Below are positions 27,873 to 41,168 of a stretch of DNA of 64,000 nucleotides, piece by piece (position 1 is the stretch's first letter; each line of letters begins with the position of its first letter). Source of the stretch: Eledone cirrhosa (Eukaryota); the NCBI GenBank assembly GCA_964016885.1, contig OZ024745.1:132370001-132434000 (forward strand). The letters run 5' to 3'. The translations under genes were made by a program, and so were the position numbers. The notes below the pieces were generated by a model. The model worked only from the letters and a program-made list of their open reading frames with translations. It ran no database searches and was not told where the DNA came from.

Positions 27873-27947
27873 GGCGCGTGGCTTTGTGGTTAGGTTATTC
27901 GGCTCGCAATCGTAAAGTCATGACGTCGATTCCCCGCGACGCTTTGT
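27873..27947 (+). mobile_element. tRNA-derived SINE head
   Basis: A-box-like GTGGCTTTGTGG and B-box-like GACGTCGATTCCC; no complete cloverleaf. Confidence 0.6.
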
Positions 27948-28370
27948 TACGACTTTGTTCCCCAAAGTTGTAGAGGAGTAAGTTCTCGCTTCTTTCATGG
28001 TGGTAGATCTCACTTTCACTGTTCTGAATACTTTAACCTCGAGCAATGTTGCTTTTTTCGCTCTCACACTCACAAAAAGATCCTTTTGGATGTTTGGTTC
28101 AATGGCACGTTTGACCTACCACCACTTCATTATTACTGTCCCAGAGCGAACTGTTAGGTGACATGCATAATTAACTACTCCTTTTGGGGTGTGGAAGGTG
28201 AACCCATAGCCATTTATGTTTTACCATGCGCCTGGCTTACCAGGTCTTCGTCAAGGGATTCTTTCTCCATGAGTTGGGCTGTACAAGGGAAAGGTTCCCT
28301 GGCTGGTCAGTGGCTGGCTGACATATTAGGTTCTTGTCTTGCTAAACGGCTTGGAATTTTGCTGACTAGT

Positions 28371-28650
28371 TGATTGGTTGTCAGATTGTCTGGCTGGTTG
28401 ATTGGCTGTCAGATTATCTGGCTGGTTGATTGGTTGTCAGATTGTCTGGCTGGTTGATTGGTTGTCAGATTGTCTGGTTGGTTGATTGGCTGTCAGATTG
28501 TCTGGCTGGTTGATTGGCTGTCAGATTGTCTGGCTGTCAAATTGTCTGGCTGGTTTATTGGCTGTCAGATTGTCTGCTGTCAGATTATCTGGTTGGTTGA
28601 TTGGCTGTCAGATTGTCTGGCTGGTTGATTGGTTGTCAGATTGTCTGGCT
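28371..28650. repeat. 28-bp minisatellite
   Basis: Unit tgattggytgtcagattgtctggctggt, about 10 copies. Confidence 0.95.
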
Positions 28651-28689
28651 CGTTGAAAAAAACCCAACAAATGTCACATTTAACCTGAT

Positions 28690-29080
28690 TCTAAAAGTGA
28701 GTGCCTTCTCCCAGTTGTTCTCCAATCTACAGGTGTATACTCGGAGCATACCCATTCACTCGGCTCATTCTAACTACTCTCCTACACTTTTCAACACATT
28801 TTCGGTAAGGCTGTACGTCTCTCTCCGCCCTCAATTTTCTTTCCATGTGAAACCTGTAGAAGTCCTTGACCATTTGTCCTCAGCCCTTTCAATCTCGTCC
28901 ACCACACAGCCACATTAGTCATAACCACTAAAGATTTAAAACTTTCTGCCTTTCCCGGCAAATGGAAGGCCATGAAGAGATCTTTGCAATGGATTCAGCT
29001 GATAGCGAGATCTGTCCTACACAAGATAGCAGCTGTTCGGTATAACCCTATATGTCAGCAATGCTCGGTCACTGGATTAA
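28690..29080 (-). mobile_element. L1/Tx1-clade LINE 3' fragment, diverged copy of 36090-36490
   Basis: VAVWWTRLKGLRT matches EIVWWTRLKGLKT; colinear DNA similarity. Confidence 0.8.
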
Positions 29081-31773
29081 TCCAGAACAAAAAGAGATGG
29101 AAGACATATACGTAAGATCCAACGATGCTGCCAAATCAGCACTTTGTGTGCATACATATAACAGTGTCAAATAACTATATAAACATCTTGACTGGTGAAG
29201 ACAGTAGCAGGTGTAAAAATATAATGATATTGCAATCATATATTTTTATATACAGCAGTCAATATTAAAACATTAACAGAGTGAGTAGAAAAGGATATCG
29301 CCAAACGGTGTCTTGGTTAGTCACTTTGTGATAACGTAACCCGGCAGATGTTACTTGTGTAATAGTAATTTCAATACTGAGGCGGATGAGAAATAGTTAT
29401 ATCAGTCGATCAAAGTGTAGCTCATTGTCTGAAGATCAACACAACACCATTTTAATGTCATTCGTCTGCATGATATCCTATTTCTTCGACTATTAACCTG
29501 TAATCTATTATAGAGCGTCACTTATAACTGATGTAGAATTTATCCTCTCTTGTATTTGATCTTCTCACATGCGTCTTTGCCATTTTATATTTCCGTTCCC
29601 TAATGTTGTATGATATAAAAAATCTTGTAAAGTTTTGTTCAACCTTTCTCCATATCTGGGGAATGGAACGTTTCGGGTGCCTCATACAACCTTTCTCATG
29701 TCGTAACATATCCGATTTCATTTATTGACACCCAGAAGGATAAAAGTCAACGGTGACTTTAATCGATTTAAAGTTTGGGAGCTGTTAATAGTACATCATT
29801 CTATTCTAGGTGCTAGCCATTCTGCCTGTTCACTGCAGTAATATGATATTCCCTACAGCATATGAATTCAATTTATCTCCTGCTTTTTATTGGTGATAAA
29901 CTGTATTTTCCATTGGTGGTTTTAGCGTATAGATATAATTGGTATATGAAGAAACATCTATCTAAATCGGATCATTTCTAACTCATCAGGTTCTTAACAT
30001 ATTGTTGATGTTTCTTTTTACTTGTTCTATAAAAATGATGGAACGTATTCACTAGAATGACTTCAGGCCATTTTTCTAGAGACCATAAATGAAATAAAAT
30101 CTCAGAATCAATTATTTTCGGTCGAAACGTAGGAAAGAGTGAATAGAAAATATGCACCAATTCTTACCCCTCCCCCATAAACACTTCTACACTCACATAC
30201 ACAAACTCACACTTGATACACATATGTACACGTAACATACACATTGTGGCTGTATGATACGTGTATGTATGTATGTGTAAAAAATTCTGTCATGCAAATA
30301 AATATGTAAAGCAAAAAATAATAATAGTGGCGAGGCAAAACCCGAGGGATTTTTTCTTTGCTCATTATTGATATATGTTCATTTGTGTGTTAAGATTACA
30401 CGTGGAGATAAATACACGCATGGATTCCTTAACAGAATTAATTGATCATGAACTGTAATAGAAACTAGTATAAATAATCATTGAATCAGAAAATCACCTC
30501 TCATTTGGCCTTCAACTGTTCACTGTTCATATATGTTATCTGGAATATCACTAACACATCATAGTGTTTAGTCTACTAGATATTAAATTCTAAAATTTAT
30601 ATCCATTTATTTAAAAAGATGTCTTTTGTTGATATAATGACCGCCTGTGGTTTGAATTGATACAGACTGTTCGCCTTTTGTACTGAGTATCAGTCTGGTT
30701 GTTCAATATTCGGCACACATTCTCTGTGTTTTTCCAGTTGTTAAGCAATCTATTGTGACAGAGGTAATCAGGACTGCCTTAACACAATTTCAATACTAAG
30801 GATAGCAACTTAGATATAGAATAACAATAAAAAATCATACAAAACTCCCACAAAACATTAACTTCAATGAATAACAACCGAAATATATACTAATAACTTT
30901 AATATTCAGTGATAAGAAAGATAAAACTAATAAATATAATCACAGAGAAATTCATTTATCCATAGTGAATATTCTTTTTTATCAGATACAATGAAAATAC
31001 AATAAAATACAATCAGCACCAAAATATAAAGAACTAAATCCGTGAAACTAAGAGGTGGAGCTTAGACCCAAAGTGAATTCTATAAAAGTAACTAATCTCA
31101 TTATGAGGTATTGGAAAAGCAAGAGCGAGGCGTTGAGTAAAACCCATACAGACAAACGAAGAAAAAAATATGAACTTGTAGGTTTCGGATCAATAAAATT
31201 ACTGTGCAATAGATATAATGAGTTTTGCTGAATGCAGTCAATAATGAGAGATAAAATATTCTCTGTAACAAGCGAGGCATTACATTAGAAAAATTGGAAC
31301 GCTTCGAAGATGAAAATACCAATTCATTAAAAAAATAGTACTGTTTTATCTATATTTTTTTATATAGTTAGTTATATATATGTAGAGTTTTGGATGATAT
31401 CATTTTTCTAAAGTCTGAGATGTAAAAACACTTTATTTGTGCTAATCTTATCACAAAGTTGGAATGTTTGCTTTGAGTGTGATAGTGTAGTTATAATGTA
31501 ATGTATAAGTTATTATGTCAAAACCAGTCTTATTGGTGTATGCCGCATATTTCAGCATACGAATAAATTACAAATTGGAATATGATTTACTCATTGTAAA
31601 CATGTTAATTTTAAAGCAAATTTCTAAATCTCATATAGGAATACTGAGGTAGCTGTGATGTAGCCATACCTTAAAGTACCCACAGCAAGACTATGGGATT
31701 TTTGATACGTAAACATATGGTATTTTGGGCTATGGACGCCTTTGTTCTGAATCAAACTTCATTGGTCGTATCA

Positions 31774-31858
<85 letters not shown>

Positions 31859-32065
31859 TAAATTTCTTTAAGTCGTTTGGAAGCCTCGACAATGCAGATG
31901 GGTAAATCTCCGGGTAACAAGATCCGGTGGTGGAGAGAGAGATGTATGTGGGTGTACGTTGAGATGCGTGGCGTGTACAAGACTGTAACGTGTAGAGGAA
32001 TGAAGGAAAGAGCGTAAAGGATAAAAATAAAAATAACAACACGAGAAAGAGTTACCTTGGGAGAG

Positions 32066-32121
<56 letters not shown>

Positions 32122-32519
32122 AGGTTAATATAGAATTTGAGTACCTTACTAACTGTGGTTACCCCCGATTTAACCCGGGGCACATACACAAACACACACA
32201 CATATGTATATATATATATGTACAGTGAAACAGTACACACTTTATACATAGCTTTCCATGGACTCCGAGACAGATACAGACATAAAATGCAAACACTTAC
32301 GAGACTAATTAAAACATTAGTGAGTGGTTCTTTGAAATCCGGTCTGTAATCTACTTAGTAAATACCAAACAGTTGACACCAATATGAATTAAAAACATCT
32401 TAATACATTTTACATGGAATAACTACAAAACCAAAAAAAAAGGTGCAGCATATATCTTACACAAATGAAATACTTCATGTGGTCCTGTGCCCCATCACTA
32501 TATAGACCCTATTATATAA

Positions 32520-32685
32520 TGATTTCTGATTTAGGTACAAGGCCAGCAATTTTTATGAGCGGAAGGGAAAAGTCGATTAAATCGACTCCAGTGCATTACA
32601 GTGCTTTATTTATCGACTCCGTAAGGATGAAAGACAAAGCTAATCTCGGTGCGATTTGAACTCAGAACGGAAAGGGCCGTAACTG
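32520..32685 (-). mobile_element. tRNA-derived SINE
   Basis: tatcgactccgtaaggatgaaagacaaag...atttgaactcagaacg. Confidence 0.85.
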
Positions 32686-33250
32686 TTTGTCACAAAGCAT
32701 GTTATATAACCCTCTACCAATTTTTAACATTTATATCTGTAATTTTTAACATTTATATCGGTAACACCTTTACCAGTTTCTTGTATTTTGGCACTACTCG
32801 ATACCAACCACAGGCACAGATACTGAATTGTTCAGATCAACGTAACGCCGAAAGAATATCAAATAGTGGTTATAAATATGAAATTCTATGACCTTTAACT
32901 TTTAAACTTTCTCAATAACTAACATGGAATTTCAATCAATCATTCTGAATAGAATGGTTTGTAAGAAATTAATTTTTCCCCGTGAAAATAAATATTTATA
33001 AACTATTGTTCTTGTGGAATACAGATTCTGGTTTGAATTTTGAAGAAGAAACTGGAATTGTTATGCAAGGTATAATTTAAGGAACGTTTAATTATCCTTC
33101 ACTCACATTCCGAAAACGAAATGAATTTCGAAATATCATAAATCACACAATATGGCGGTAGATTGATAGATACGTCAATATATAAACTTAGATATGGGAA
33201 TATCTAGCTATCTATTTGATCACCAGTCTGTTTGTCTGTCCGTTTGTCTG

Positions 33251-33328
<78 letters not shown>

Positions 33329-33379
33329 CAACCATACATCTATCCATATAACTATATATCTATCAATAAATATCTATAT

Positions 33380-33780
33380 ATATTGTTTTACTTTCGGAAG
33401 ATCATGCTACCAATAAAAACACACGCTCCTGTTGGTTTTCTCTTTAATTTATTACAAATTTCCGGTTGATTGTTTAAATAACTGGATGGTTGTTTATATA
33501 TTGTCACAACATCCCAAAACAAGATGGTGTAAAGCAGAAAAAAGGAAGACACAAAATAACAAATCAATCACTGAGGAAGTTACAGAATGTGTGACGAAAT
33601 ATCTTTGACAATATATAAACAACCATCCGGTTATTGAACCAACCAGAAAAATGTAATAAATTGAAGTGAAAACCAACAGGTGCGTGTTTTTATTGGCATC
33701 ATGAGCCTCCCAGAGTATAACAATATCTGTTTCAACAGATGTTTTCAGATAAGAAATCTTGCAAAAAAAAAAATAAATCC
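33380..33780. mobile_element. Fold-back pLTR-like element (arms 33380-33506 and 33606-33726) with an HHR in the loop
   Basis: Diverged inverted arms; a non-palindromic family member lies at about 52280-52495. Confidence 0.88.
33568..33608 (+). ncRNA. Minimal type I hammerhead ribozyme
   Basis: TCA-CTGAGGA-A-GTTAC agaatgt GTGAC-GAAA-TATC-T-T|TGA. Confidence 0.75.
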
Positions 33781-33804
33781 CAAAACAAAATATAAATACC
33801 TTTA

Positions 33805-34112
33805 CCCCGGCATTTGCGGTCCGGATTATTCATGTAATTTTCCTTAGAACATAACTAATAATTGTTCGTGGAAACCACCGAATATTCGCGGAATCGTAAA
33901 TATCTTCCGCGATATTTTGTTTCTTTTCGTAGCAATATATTTTTTTTCACGCTTTTTAACGCCAAATTATTAACAACAATAAACCGTATTGCCCGCCGGT
34001 ATTTTACGTTATGTTTTGACGTTTATAGGCATTTTCATGCAACATGTCCAATTTTCGCGGTTTTTCACACTTCGTAAGTTGTCTAGGAGCGTAACCACCG
34101 CGAATAACGGGG
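33805..34112. mobile_element. MITE, pogo/Tigger-like
   Basis: Imperfect TIRs ccccggcatttgcgg / ccgcgaataacgggg. Confidence 0.55.
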
Positions 34113-34124
34113 AAAACATATAGA

Positions 34125-34456
34125 AATAAAAGAAAAGCACAAACAAGAGAGAGGTCCCTTCTTCAGTTGTCTGCTGGATGTCCCCGATATTTCAACACAT
34201 TAAAGACAATATGTCTATCTCCAGTGTGTCAATAACTTTTGTAAGTTATTGGGGGAGGAAAAAAGGAGAGAAAATAAATTAAATATTTAAACATTATTTT
34301 TAAGTGAGCATGATTTAAAAAATATTTTGAAGTGAACGTGACCTAACGGTCTAGTTTGGAAATAAACGGAAAGCACAAACAAGGGACAGGTCCTCCCTTT
34401 ATTTGTCTGCTGGGTGTCTCGGACATTTCAACGCAATAAAGACAATATGTCTATCC

Positions 34457-34462
<6 letters not shown>
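34125..34462 (-). repeat. Two direct copies (about 235 bp apart) of a pLTR-like unit with a degenerate HHR
   Basis: aagcacaaacaag...gtctgctgg...tttcaac..taaagacaatatgtctatc occurs twice; third diverged copy at about 58115-58215. Confidence 0.65.
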
Positions 34463-34488
<26 letters not shown>

Positions 34489-34610
34489 CCTTCCATATAC
34501 TGTACCGATTGTGTTGTTATTTCTGTTTACATTTTACATACATACACACATATATATATATATATAGAGAGAGAGATTACAATAATCAAAGTTCAGTTTA
34601 AATCATTTAT

Positions 34611-34660
34611 TTGCTTACAATTGTTTCCTCCAAACCGAAGGTTTGGATTCTTCGGAGCAA
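34611..34660 (-). ncRNA. Type I hammerhead ribozyme (core CCGAAGA)
   Basis: TTGCT-CCGAAGA-A-TCCAAACC ttc GGTTTGGA-G-GAAA-CAATTG-T-A|AGCAA. Confidence 0.8.
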
Positions 34661-34762
34661 CTATATATATATCAACATGAATGGACCTATTATTTTTACC
34701 TAAAGACATTTTTTCCAATTCCATCCCGCCCATCACCTTAATCTATTTTATTTCTCATTCTT

Positions 34763-34798
34763 TCTTGTGATGAAGGACTAGCGTCCGACACGGTAAGA
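34763..34798 (+). ncRNA. Degenerate hammerhead motif
   Basis: TCTT-GTGATGA-A-GGAC tagc GTCC-GACA-CGGT-AAGA; two core mutations. Confidence 0.5.
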
Positions 34799-34902
34799 CA
34801 CTCTTCCTGCTATATCAAGCGTTAACCTAATATATACCTTCAATATACTGTACAGATTGTGTTTTTATTTCTGTTTACCTTTTACACACAAACACACACA
34901 CA

Positions 34903-35034
<132 letters not shown>

Positions 35035-35449
35035 CATATACATCTTTAATTTGCGTTAGCACTAAGAAGATAATTTTGAAAAAAGACGTATGCAATATGT
35101 TTCCGTATACTAAAGATAGATTTAGTTCCGCTGTGACTACTCATGTTGGAAACATGTCAGAGTAGTTCCAACTATTTGAGTAACAACGGCCAATACAATT
35201 CGCTATTGTTATAGATTCCCGCGGTTCGCCTACTTACGCCTGGATGCTGAAGTATGAAAGATACATCTTCTCATAGGATTCTGTGAGTAAAACATTTGTA
35301 GCGAATGTTTATTGTCACTTCCTGCATGCTTGACAAAATAGATTTAATTAGCAGTAGCATTAATATAACATGATTTAATATAAACACATATATGAACAAA
35401 CATACAACATTTTTATATCCAATGAACATATATATTATCTCAGTTTCAG

Positions 35450-35650
35450 AGTTCAAGGTGTGAAAATGTCACAGCTTGCTCCAGCAGCGAGGACAAGATC
35501 GGTAAATATCCTTCATTGTCGTTATACATTGTCATTGCGCAGTTAGTTACGCTTGAAGAAATATATATGACAATGTATTTTATATATTTTTTCTAGGATT
35601 TTGCAAGCAAACCACTCATAGTAAATGCGGATTTGCATTTCGTCTAAGCA
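35450..35650 (+). other. Candidate pair of small Cys-rich exons (35450-35501 and 35597 to about 35650)
   Basis: tttcag|...|gtaaat, 95-nt intron, ttttctag|; spliced frame SSRCENVTACSSSEDKIGFCKQTTHSKCG. Confidence 0.2.
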
Positions 35651-35696
35651 GTAAACTGAATCTCGCTCTGTTGCTAGATTTATTAATAATAATAAT

Positions 35697-35835
35697 AGTT
35701 TCTACTTTAGGCACAAGGCCAGCAATTACCCAGTACATTACTGGTTCTTTATTTTATCGACCCCGTAAGGATGATAGGCAAAGTTAACCTCGGCGGGATT
35801 TGAACTCAGACCGTAAAGAGACGTAACTATGCTGG
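35697..35835 (-). mobile_element. tRNA-derived SINE
   Basis: Family core tatcgaccccgtaaggatga..gcaaagttaacctcggcgggatttgaactc. Confidence 0.9.
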
Positions 35836-35844
35836 AAAGCTAAT

Positions 35845-36822
35845 AATAATAATAATGCTTTCTTTATTAACCACAAGGGTTTACACAAAGTAGATATTAA
35901 GGATTATACAGGACAATACAGGACGGTACAAGTGGGCATGTCTGCGTGTAAAAAAAAAACAAAAAACAGAGGATGTAATAAAAAAAGAACAAGGAAAAAT
36001 TCCCCAATAGGGGGAGACTTCAGAAGGCCATCGTGGAGAAAGCCCATTAAAAAATAAAAGCCACAGTGACCCTGACCACCAGGGCAAGTGCCCTCTCCCA
36101 GTTTTCCACCTTCAATTTACAGGCATATACTCAGAGTAGGCCCATTCACTGAGGCCATTCTTGCCTTTCTCACCCATCTTTCAACAAAATGGGTGGAAGT
36201 GAGCACTTCCCTCTCTACCCTGATTTTCCTTTTGAAATGAAATTTGAAAAAGTTAATCAGGGCATCACCGAAGAGGTAAGTGCTTGTCTTCAGCCCTTTC
36301 AAACGTGTCCACCATACTATCTCTTTCGTCTTGGCCACCAGACAGATAAAAACTGCCTGCCTTTCCCGGCTAAAGGAAGAGGGCGGGCAATCCTCACGAT
36401 GGACTCAGCTGATAACTGGATCCGTTCTACACGCGACAGCAGCTGTTCGACATAAACCCACACGTCAGCAATGCTCGGACACTGGACACGAGTGCATGCA
36501 GGATGGTTTCGTCGCCCTGCGCGCATCTCGGACATGCCCAGCTGACGGCACTTCCGCGCCTGTAGAGTTTATCTCGAACTGGCAAAGCTCCTCGGTAGCA
36601 TTGCCAGGCCAGGGATTTCTGGAAATTGTCCATAGGTCCCGGCCCGAAAGTTCTTCCGAAGAGATTGGCTAGTTGATTTTCGTCGACGCCTAGAGTTTCC
36701 CAAAGTACGTCGTCGCTCTTCCCCTCCACTAATCTTCTATAGAACACCAAGTTGGAGTTACCACCGATCACATTGCCAGACTGGTCGAGGGCCGTGAGCG
36801 CCTGAAGACATTCCAGTCTCCA
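35845..36822 (-). mobile_element. 5'-truncated L1/Tx1-clade LINE
   Basis: FQKSLAWQCYRGALPVRDKL..CPRC..DETILHAL (CCHC knuckle), EIVWWTR; 3' UTR, AATAAA and (ATT)n tail; (AAT)n on both sides. Confidence 0.88.
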
Positions 36823-36837
36823 AATAATAATAATAAT

Positions 36838-36937
36838 AATTGTTTCTCCTTTTGGAACAAGGCCAGCAATTATCCCAGTGGTATTACTGGTACTTTATTT
36901 TATCGACCGCGTAAGGATGAAAGGCAAAGTTAACCTA
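36838..36937 (-). mobile_element. tRNA-derived SINE, truncated
   Basis: Family core and tail. Confidence 0.88.
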
Positions 36938-36955
36938 ATAATAATAATAATAATA

Positions 36956-37150
36956 AGGATTTTGAACTGCCATGAAATCAATGTCGTCCGGATTGTCATA
37001 GGCGCACTAGGTACTATCTCAAAGAGTTTCCAAGAATAGTTAAAGAAGATTAGTCCAGCCCCGCTTTTTGGAAAACTTTTGGGAACAGCAAGAACTCTCC
37101 GATACGTCCTGAATGTCTGAGGCTGCAGGTAGTGGCTTGATATTCATTTC
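36956..37150 (+). mobile_element. R4/Dong-like (RLE) non-LTR element 3' fragment next to (TAA)n
   Basis: VVRIVIGALGTISK...LGTARTLRYVL, typical RLE C-terminus. Confidence 0.78.
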
Positions 37151-37914
37151 AACAAACTTTCAGTAAAATAACATCAATGACTGAGACTCAAAGAACAATA
37201 ATAATAACATGCAAAATATAGAAAATAATAGGAATGGCCTTTCTAATACCTTCGTACGCGATGTCATAAGGAAATATATTCTCAGATGAGAGCAAGAACA
37301 CATCAAATTAACACCAACACCGACGCCAAAGAGTAGGGACGATTCGCCAATAACATAGACCTTAGCTCCCATTCCATCACAGAAGAGACATTCAAACGAC
37401 TCTACCAGCCTTATTGCATAAATGGTTGCAATGTTTTATTGATGAATGTATATGTGTATGGATATCTGGTAGTGGAATCGTAAAAGTAGATCAGGAATGT
37501 GTCGGCCTCTGATATTGGAAACAATGCATCAAATTATTGATCTATTTCAAAATCGGAGACATAGATCGAAGGATATAACGCAGATACGGCATTTCTAAAT
37601 ACATCCAAAAGAGAGTCGTTGGAGAAAAGCGGGTGTTTGAGTAAATCTACTAATCAGGAATGCACACAATTATCACTTACAAGGTCGAGGGGAATCTATG
37701 TTTAGCAATACTCGAAATAGGTGACTAATAATGGCATCATATAAAGAAAGATGTCATAGCTTTTAATCACATGGTCATTTTTGCTATAATATATTTATAC
37801 ACCTTTTTCCCGTGTGATGAATAAAACCTACAAATCTATCTATCTATCTATTATCTATCTATTTGTCTGTCTGTCTGGTTGTCTGTCTATTTACCCATTT
37901 ATATCCCCCTCTCG

Positions 37915-37950
<36 letters not shown>

Positions 37951-38095
37951 TTACACACACACATCAAAATAAACAACAGAATCCCGGACTAGTGATTAAC
38001 TAGAAATTTAATTACAGAACCACCAGCTCTACTTATTGGTAAACAGTCTAACATAAATGGTATATATATGTTTACAAGAATGGTCAACAAGTAAA

Positions 38096-38288
38096 TAATT
38101 GTTTCTACTTTAGGCACAAGGCCAGCTATCACCCAGTGTATTACTGGTACTTTATTTTATAGACCCCGTAAGGATGAAAGGCAAAGTTAACATGCGGCGG
38201 GATTTGAACTCAGATCATAAAGGGACGTAACCCTATGCTTCAAAGCATGGTGTCCGACTCTCTACCGATAATGCCAATCCACCGCCTT
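38096..38288 (-). mobile_element. tRNA-derived SINE, full length
   Basis: Head ggcggtggattggcattatcggtagag through to the gtagaaacaatta tail. Confidence 0.92.
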
Positions 38289-38949
38289 TCAACAAGTAAA
38301 TAATGATATATATTAGATATTATTAGAGATTAGATATTATTTCAAAGCTTGTTATAGTTGGAAAGGTGTCTTAACCTGTTGAAGGTTTCTGTTTCATTGG
38401 AGAATAGGGTGAGAGGGAGAAGAAAGAAACGGGAAAATATTTTTAGGAGGAAAACAGGTGTGTAGTTAGTCAACCAGTTTTGAAAGGTGCAGATTAGACG
38501 GGACTCATACATAAGAAAAGTGGAGATAAGCATATATAATATATATTTTATCAATACATCTCTTGGCCAGACACTTAGCATACCAGGGATGTTTGACAAG
38601 GAGACGTCTCTATAAGTTGAATCTTCCTTGTCTCTCTTTTGGGGATTATCTCCCTTGATTGCCATTGCTTAGTTTACTTTTCCTGACATCCGAGTCATCT
38701 AGCACACACAAGACAGAATGCTTTCTATATTTAAGGCCTTTACCATCTCGGACCGAATTTCGTCCCTTCAGAGGCCTTGTCACATTTAGGCTCTTTAATT
38801 ATTCTAGTGACCACAGATAGATTAGTCTTCGCTCTCAGATGCAGCTCATGTACATCAGAAGATGTTGAGACCGGCTTTAGGAGATCAGCAAACTATTTCT
38901 ACCACCTCGCGAGGAGGCACTTCTCAGAAGAGAGAAAACCTAAGATTCT

Positions 38950-39465
38950 TTCCCAATATCATGATTGGAGAAGGACTTCTTATTACGAAGTCGCAAGAAT
39001 TGGTGCTGGAAGCAAAATGTTATTGGCTAGATGTAGTCGGAGGTTTCCGCAATAAAGTTCCGTGGCTCTTGTACTATATATTTACCGAAATGATGGCAGA
39101 AATGACTGCCCGGAAGGGAGTGATGGAAGTCACAAGTCTCCGGTTACTGAATTGTGTTGTGGACAGGATCTCATTGGGCGGGAAGATTTGTTCCTTGAAG
39201 CTTAAACTGAAAGGTAGGTTTCTGTGGGTGGTGCAAGTTTATGCGGCAAACAAGAGTCTGAATACAGATCCTTCCTTGATGAGGTAATGAAGCGTTAGAT
39301 GTAGTTAAGACTGAGTCCTTTATCCTAATGGGGGATGTTGGCACTGACCACCTGATATGGAAAGGAGTGACTGTATGTAACAGCAGTCCCGAACTAAATA
39401 CGAATGGAGAGGTCTTAGACATCTTTTCTAGTCATGGCTCATTGTTTAGAACATCCTCCTGCACA
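38950..39465 (+). mobile_element. Decayed RTE-type APE endonuclease fragment
   Basis: ICSLKLKLKGRFLWVVQVYAAN; FILMGD(..)VGTDHLIWKGV...PELNTNG. Confidence 0.75.
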
Positions 39466-39495
39466 AAGCCATTCTTAATTTATACATATATACAT

Positions 39496-39551
<56 letters not shown>

Positions 39552-39923
39552 GTATATATATATGTATACATACATGTATATATGTATATATGTATATTCA
39601 TACGCTCACACAAACACATACACACACACATGAACTATAGAATATATGTTTACACGTGTGTATATATATATGTGTAGATATCTGTATGTTATTGTGTTGT
39701 TTAATCATGCTTGCTATTTTCTAATGCTTCTTTTGTTTCAGAAAATTACAAATTGAAAGGAAATGTTATTTTATTTATCAAAATTTCTTCTTCTTGTTTT
39801 CACTGATGTTTCTTGTTTCTCTTCAGTCTTGTAACTATTGTTGCTGTTCTATGGCTTACCACCGTTACTTAGTTTTATTGTTACTAGTTTTTATAGTTGT
39901 TATTATTTTAAAAGTCTATATTT

Positions 39924-40567
39924 TTGTTGTTGTTGTTGTTGCGATCGAAGCTTAAACTGCTGTAATTCTTGCTGCTGCTGTTGTTGCTGCTGCTGTTGCC
40001 GTTGTTGTTGCTGCTTCTGTTGCTGCTTCTGCTGTTGCTGCTTCTGTTGCTGCTGCTGTTTCTACTGCTTCTGTTGCTGCTGCTTCTGTTGCTTCTTCGG
40101 CTGTTGTTGTTGTTGCTGCTTCTGTTGCTGTTGTTGTTGATGCTGCTACTGTTTCAGCTGTTGTTGTTGCTGTTGTTTCCGCTCCTGTTGCTGTTGTTGT
40201 TGTTGTTGCTGCTGCTGCTGGTGTTCTTGTTCCTGTTGTTGCTGTTGTTGCTGCGATCGAAGCTTAAACTTCAGTAATTCTTGCTGCTGTTGTTGTTGCT
40301 GTTGTTGTTGCTAGTGTTGCTGTTGTTGCTACTGTGTCTGCTGGTGGTGCTGCTGCTGTTGTTGTTGGTGTTGTTGTTGCTACTGTTGCTGCTGTTGTTG
40401 CTAGTGTTGCTGCTGCTGTTGTTGTTGGTGTTGTTGTTGCTACTGTTGCTGTTGTTGCTACTGTGTCTGCTGGTGTTGCTGCTGCTGTTGTTGTTGGTGT
40501 TGTTGTTGCTACTGTTGCTGTTGTTGTTGCTACTGTTTCTGCTGCTGTTGTTGTTGGTGTTGTTGTA
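39924..40567. repeat. (TGY)n trinucleotide low-complexity tract
   Basis: TGT/TGC mosaic; gcgatcgaagcttaaact duplicated at about 39941 and 40253. Confidence 0.95.
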
Positions 40568-40736
40568 GATGATGTCTTTATTCTTGCTATTTTTATTATA
40601 TTTTTTTTTATATTTTTAAAAATTATTTAAAAACATTTACTTACATTTACGCTAAAGGATTGGGGAGGCTAGAAAACACAATATTTCGATCTTTTGGAAA
40701 TCTGATTAAAATTACAGCTTACTACTGGATGGCGGC

Positions 40737-41168
40737 CACCATAGCTACCATCAACAGCAGCACCACCACCACCACCACTACCACCACAACTACCACCACA
40801 ACCAATACCCCTACCACTACCATAGCTACCATCATCATCAATACCACCACCACCACAACTACCACTACCACTACCGCCACCACTTCCGCCACAACCATTA
40901 CCACAACCACCACAACCATTACCACCACCACCACAACCACCACAACCATTACCACCACTACCACCGCAACCATTACCACAACCATAGCTACCACCATCCA
41001 CCACCACCACCATCGCCACCACTACCACCACCACTACCACCACAACCATTACAACCATCATAGCTACCATCATCATCAACACCATCACCACCACAACCAC
41101 CACAACTACCACCATTACCACTACCACCACAACTACCACCACAACCATTACCACCATCACCACCACCA
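40737..41168. repeat. (ACC/CAC)n trinucleotide tract
   Basis: Direct observation. Confidence 0.95.

Noticed and set aside
26010-28650. CRISPR-like arrays (32-bp and 28-bp repeats)
   Set aside because: The units are head-to-tail with no unique spacers, there are no cas genes, and the context is eukaryotic.
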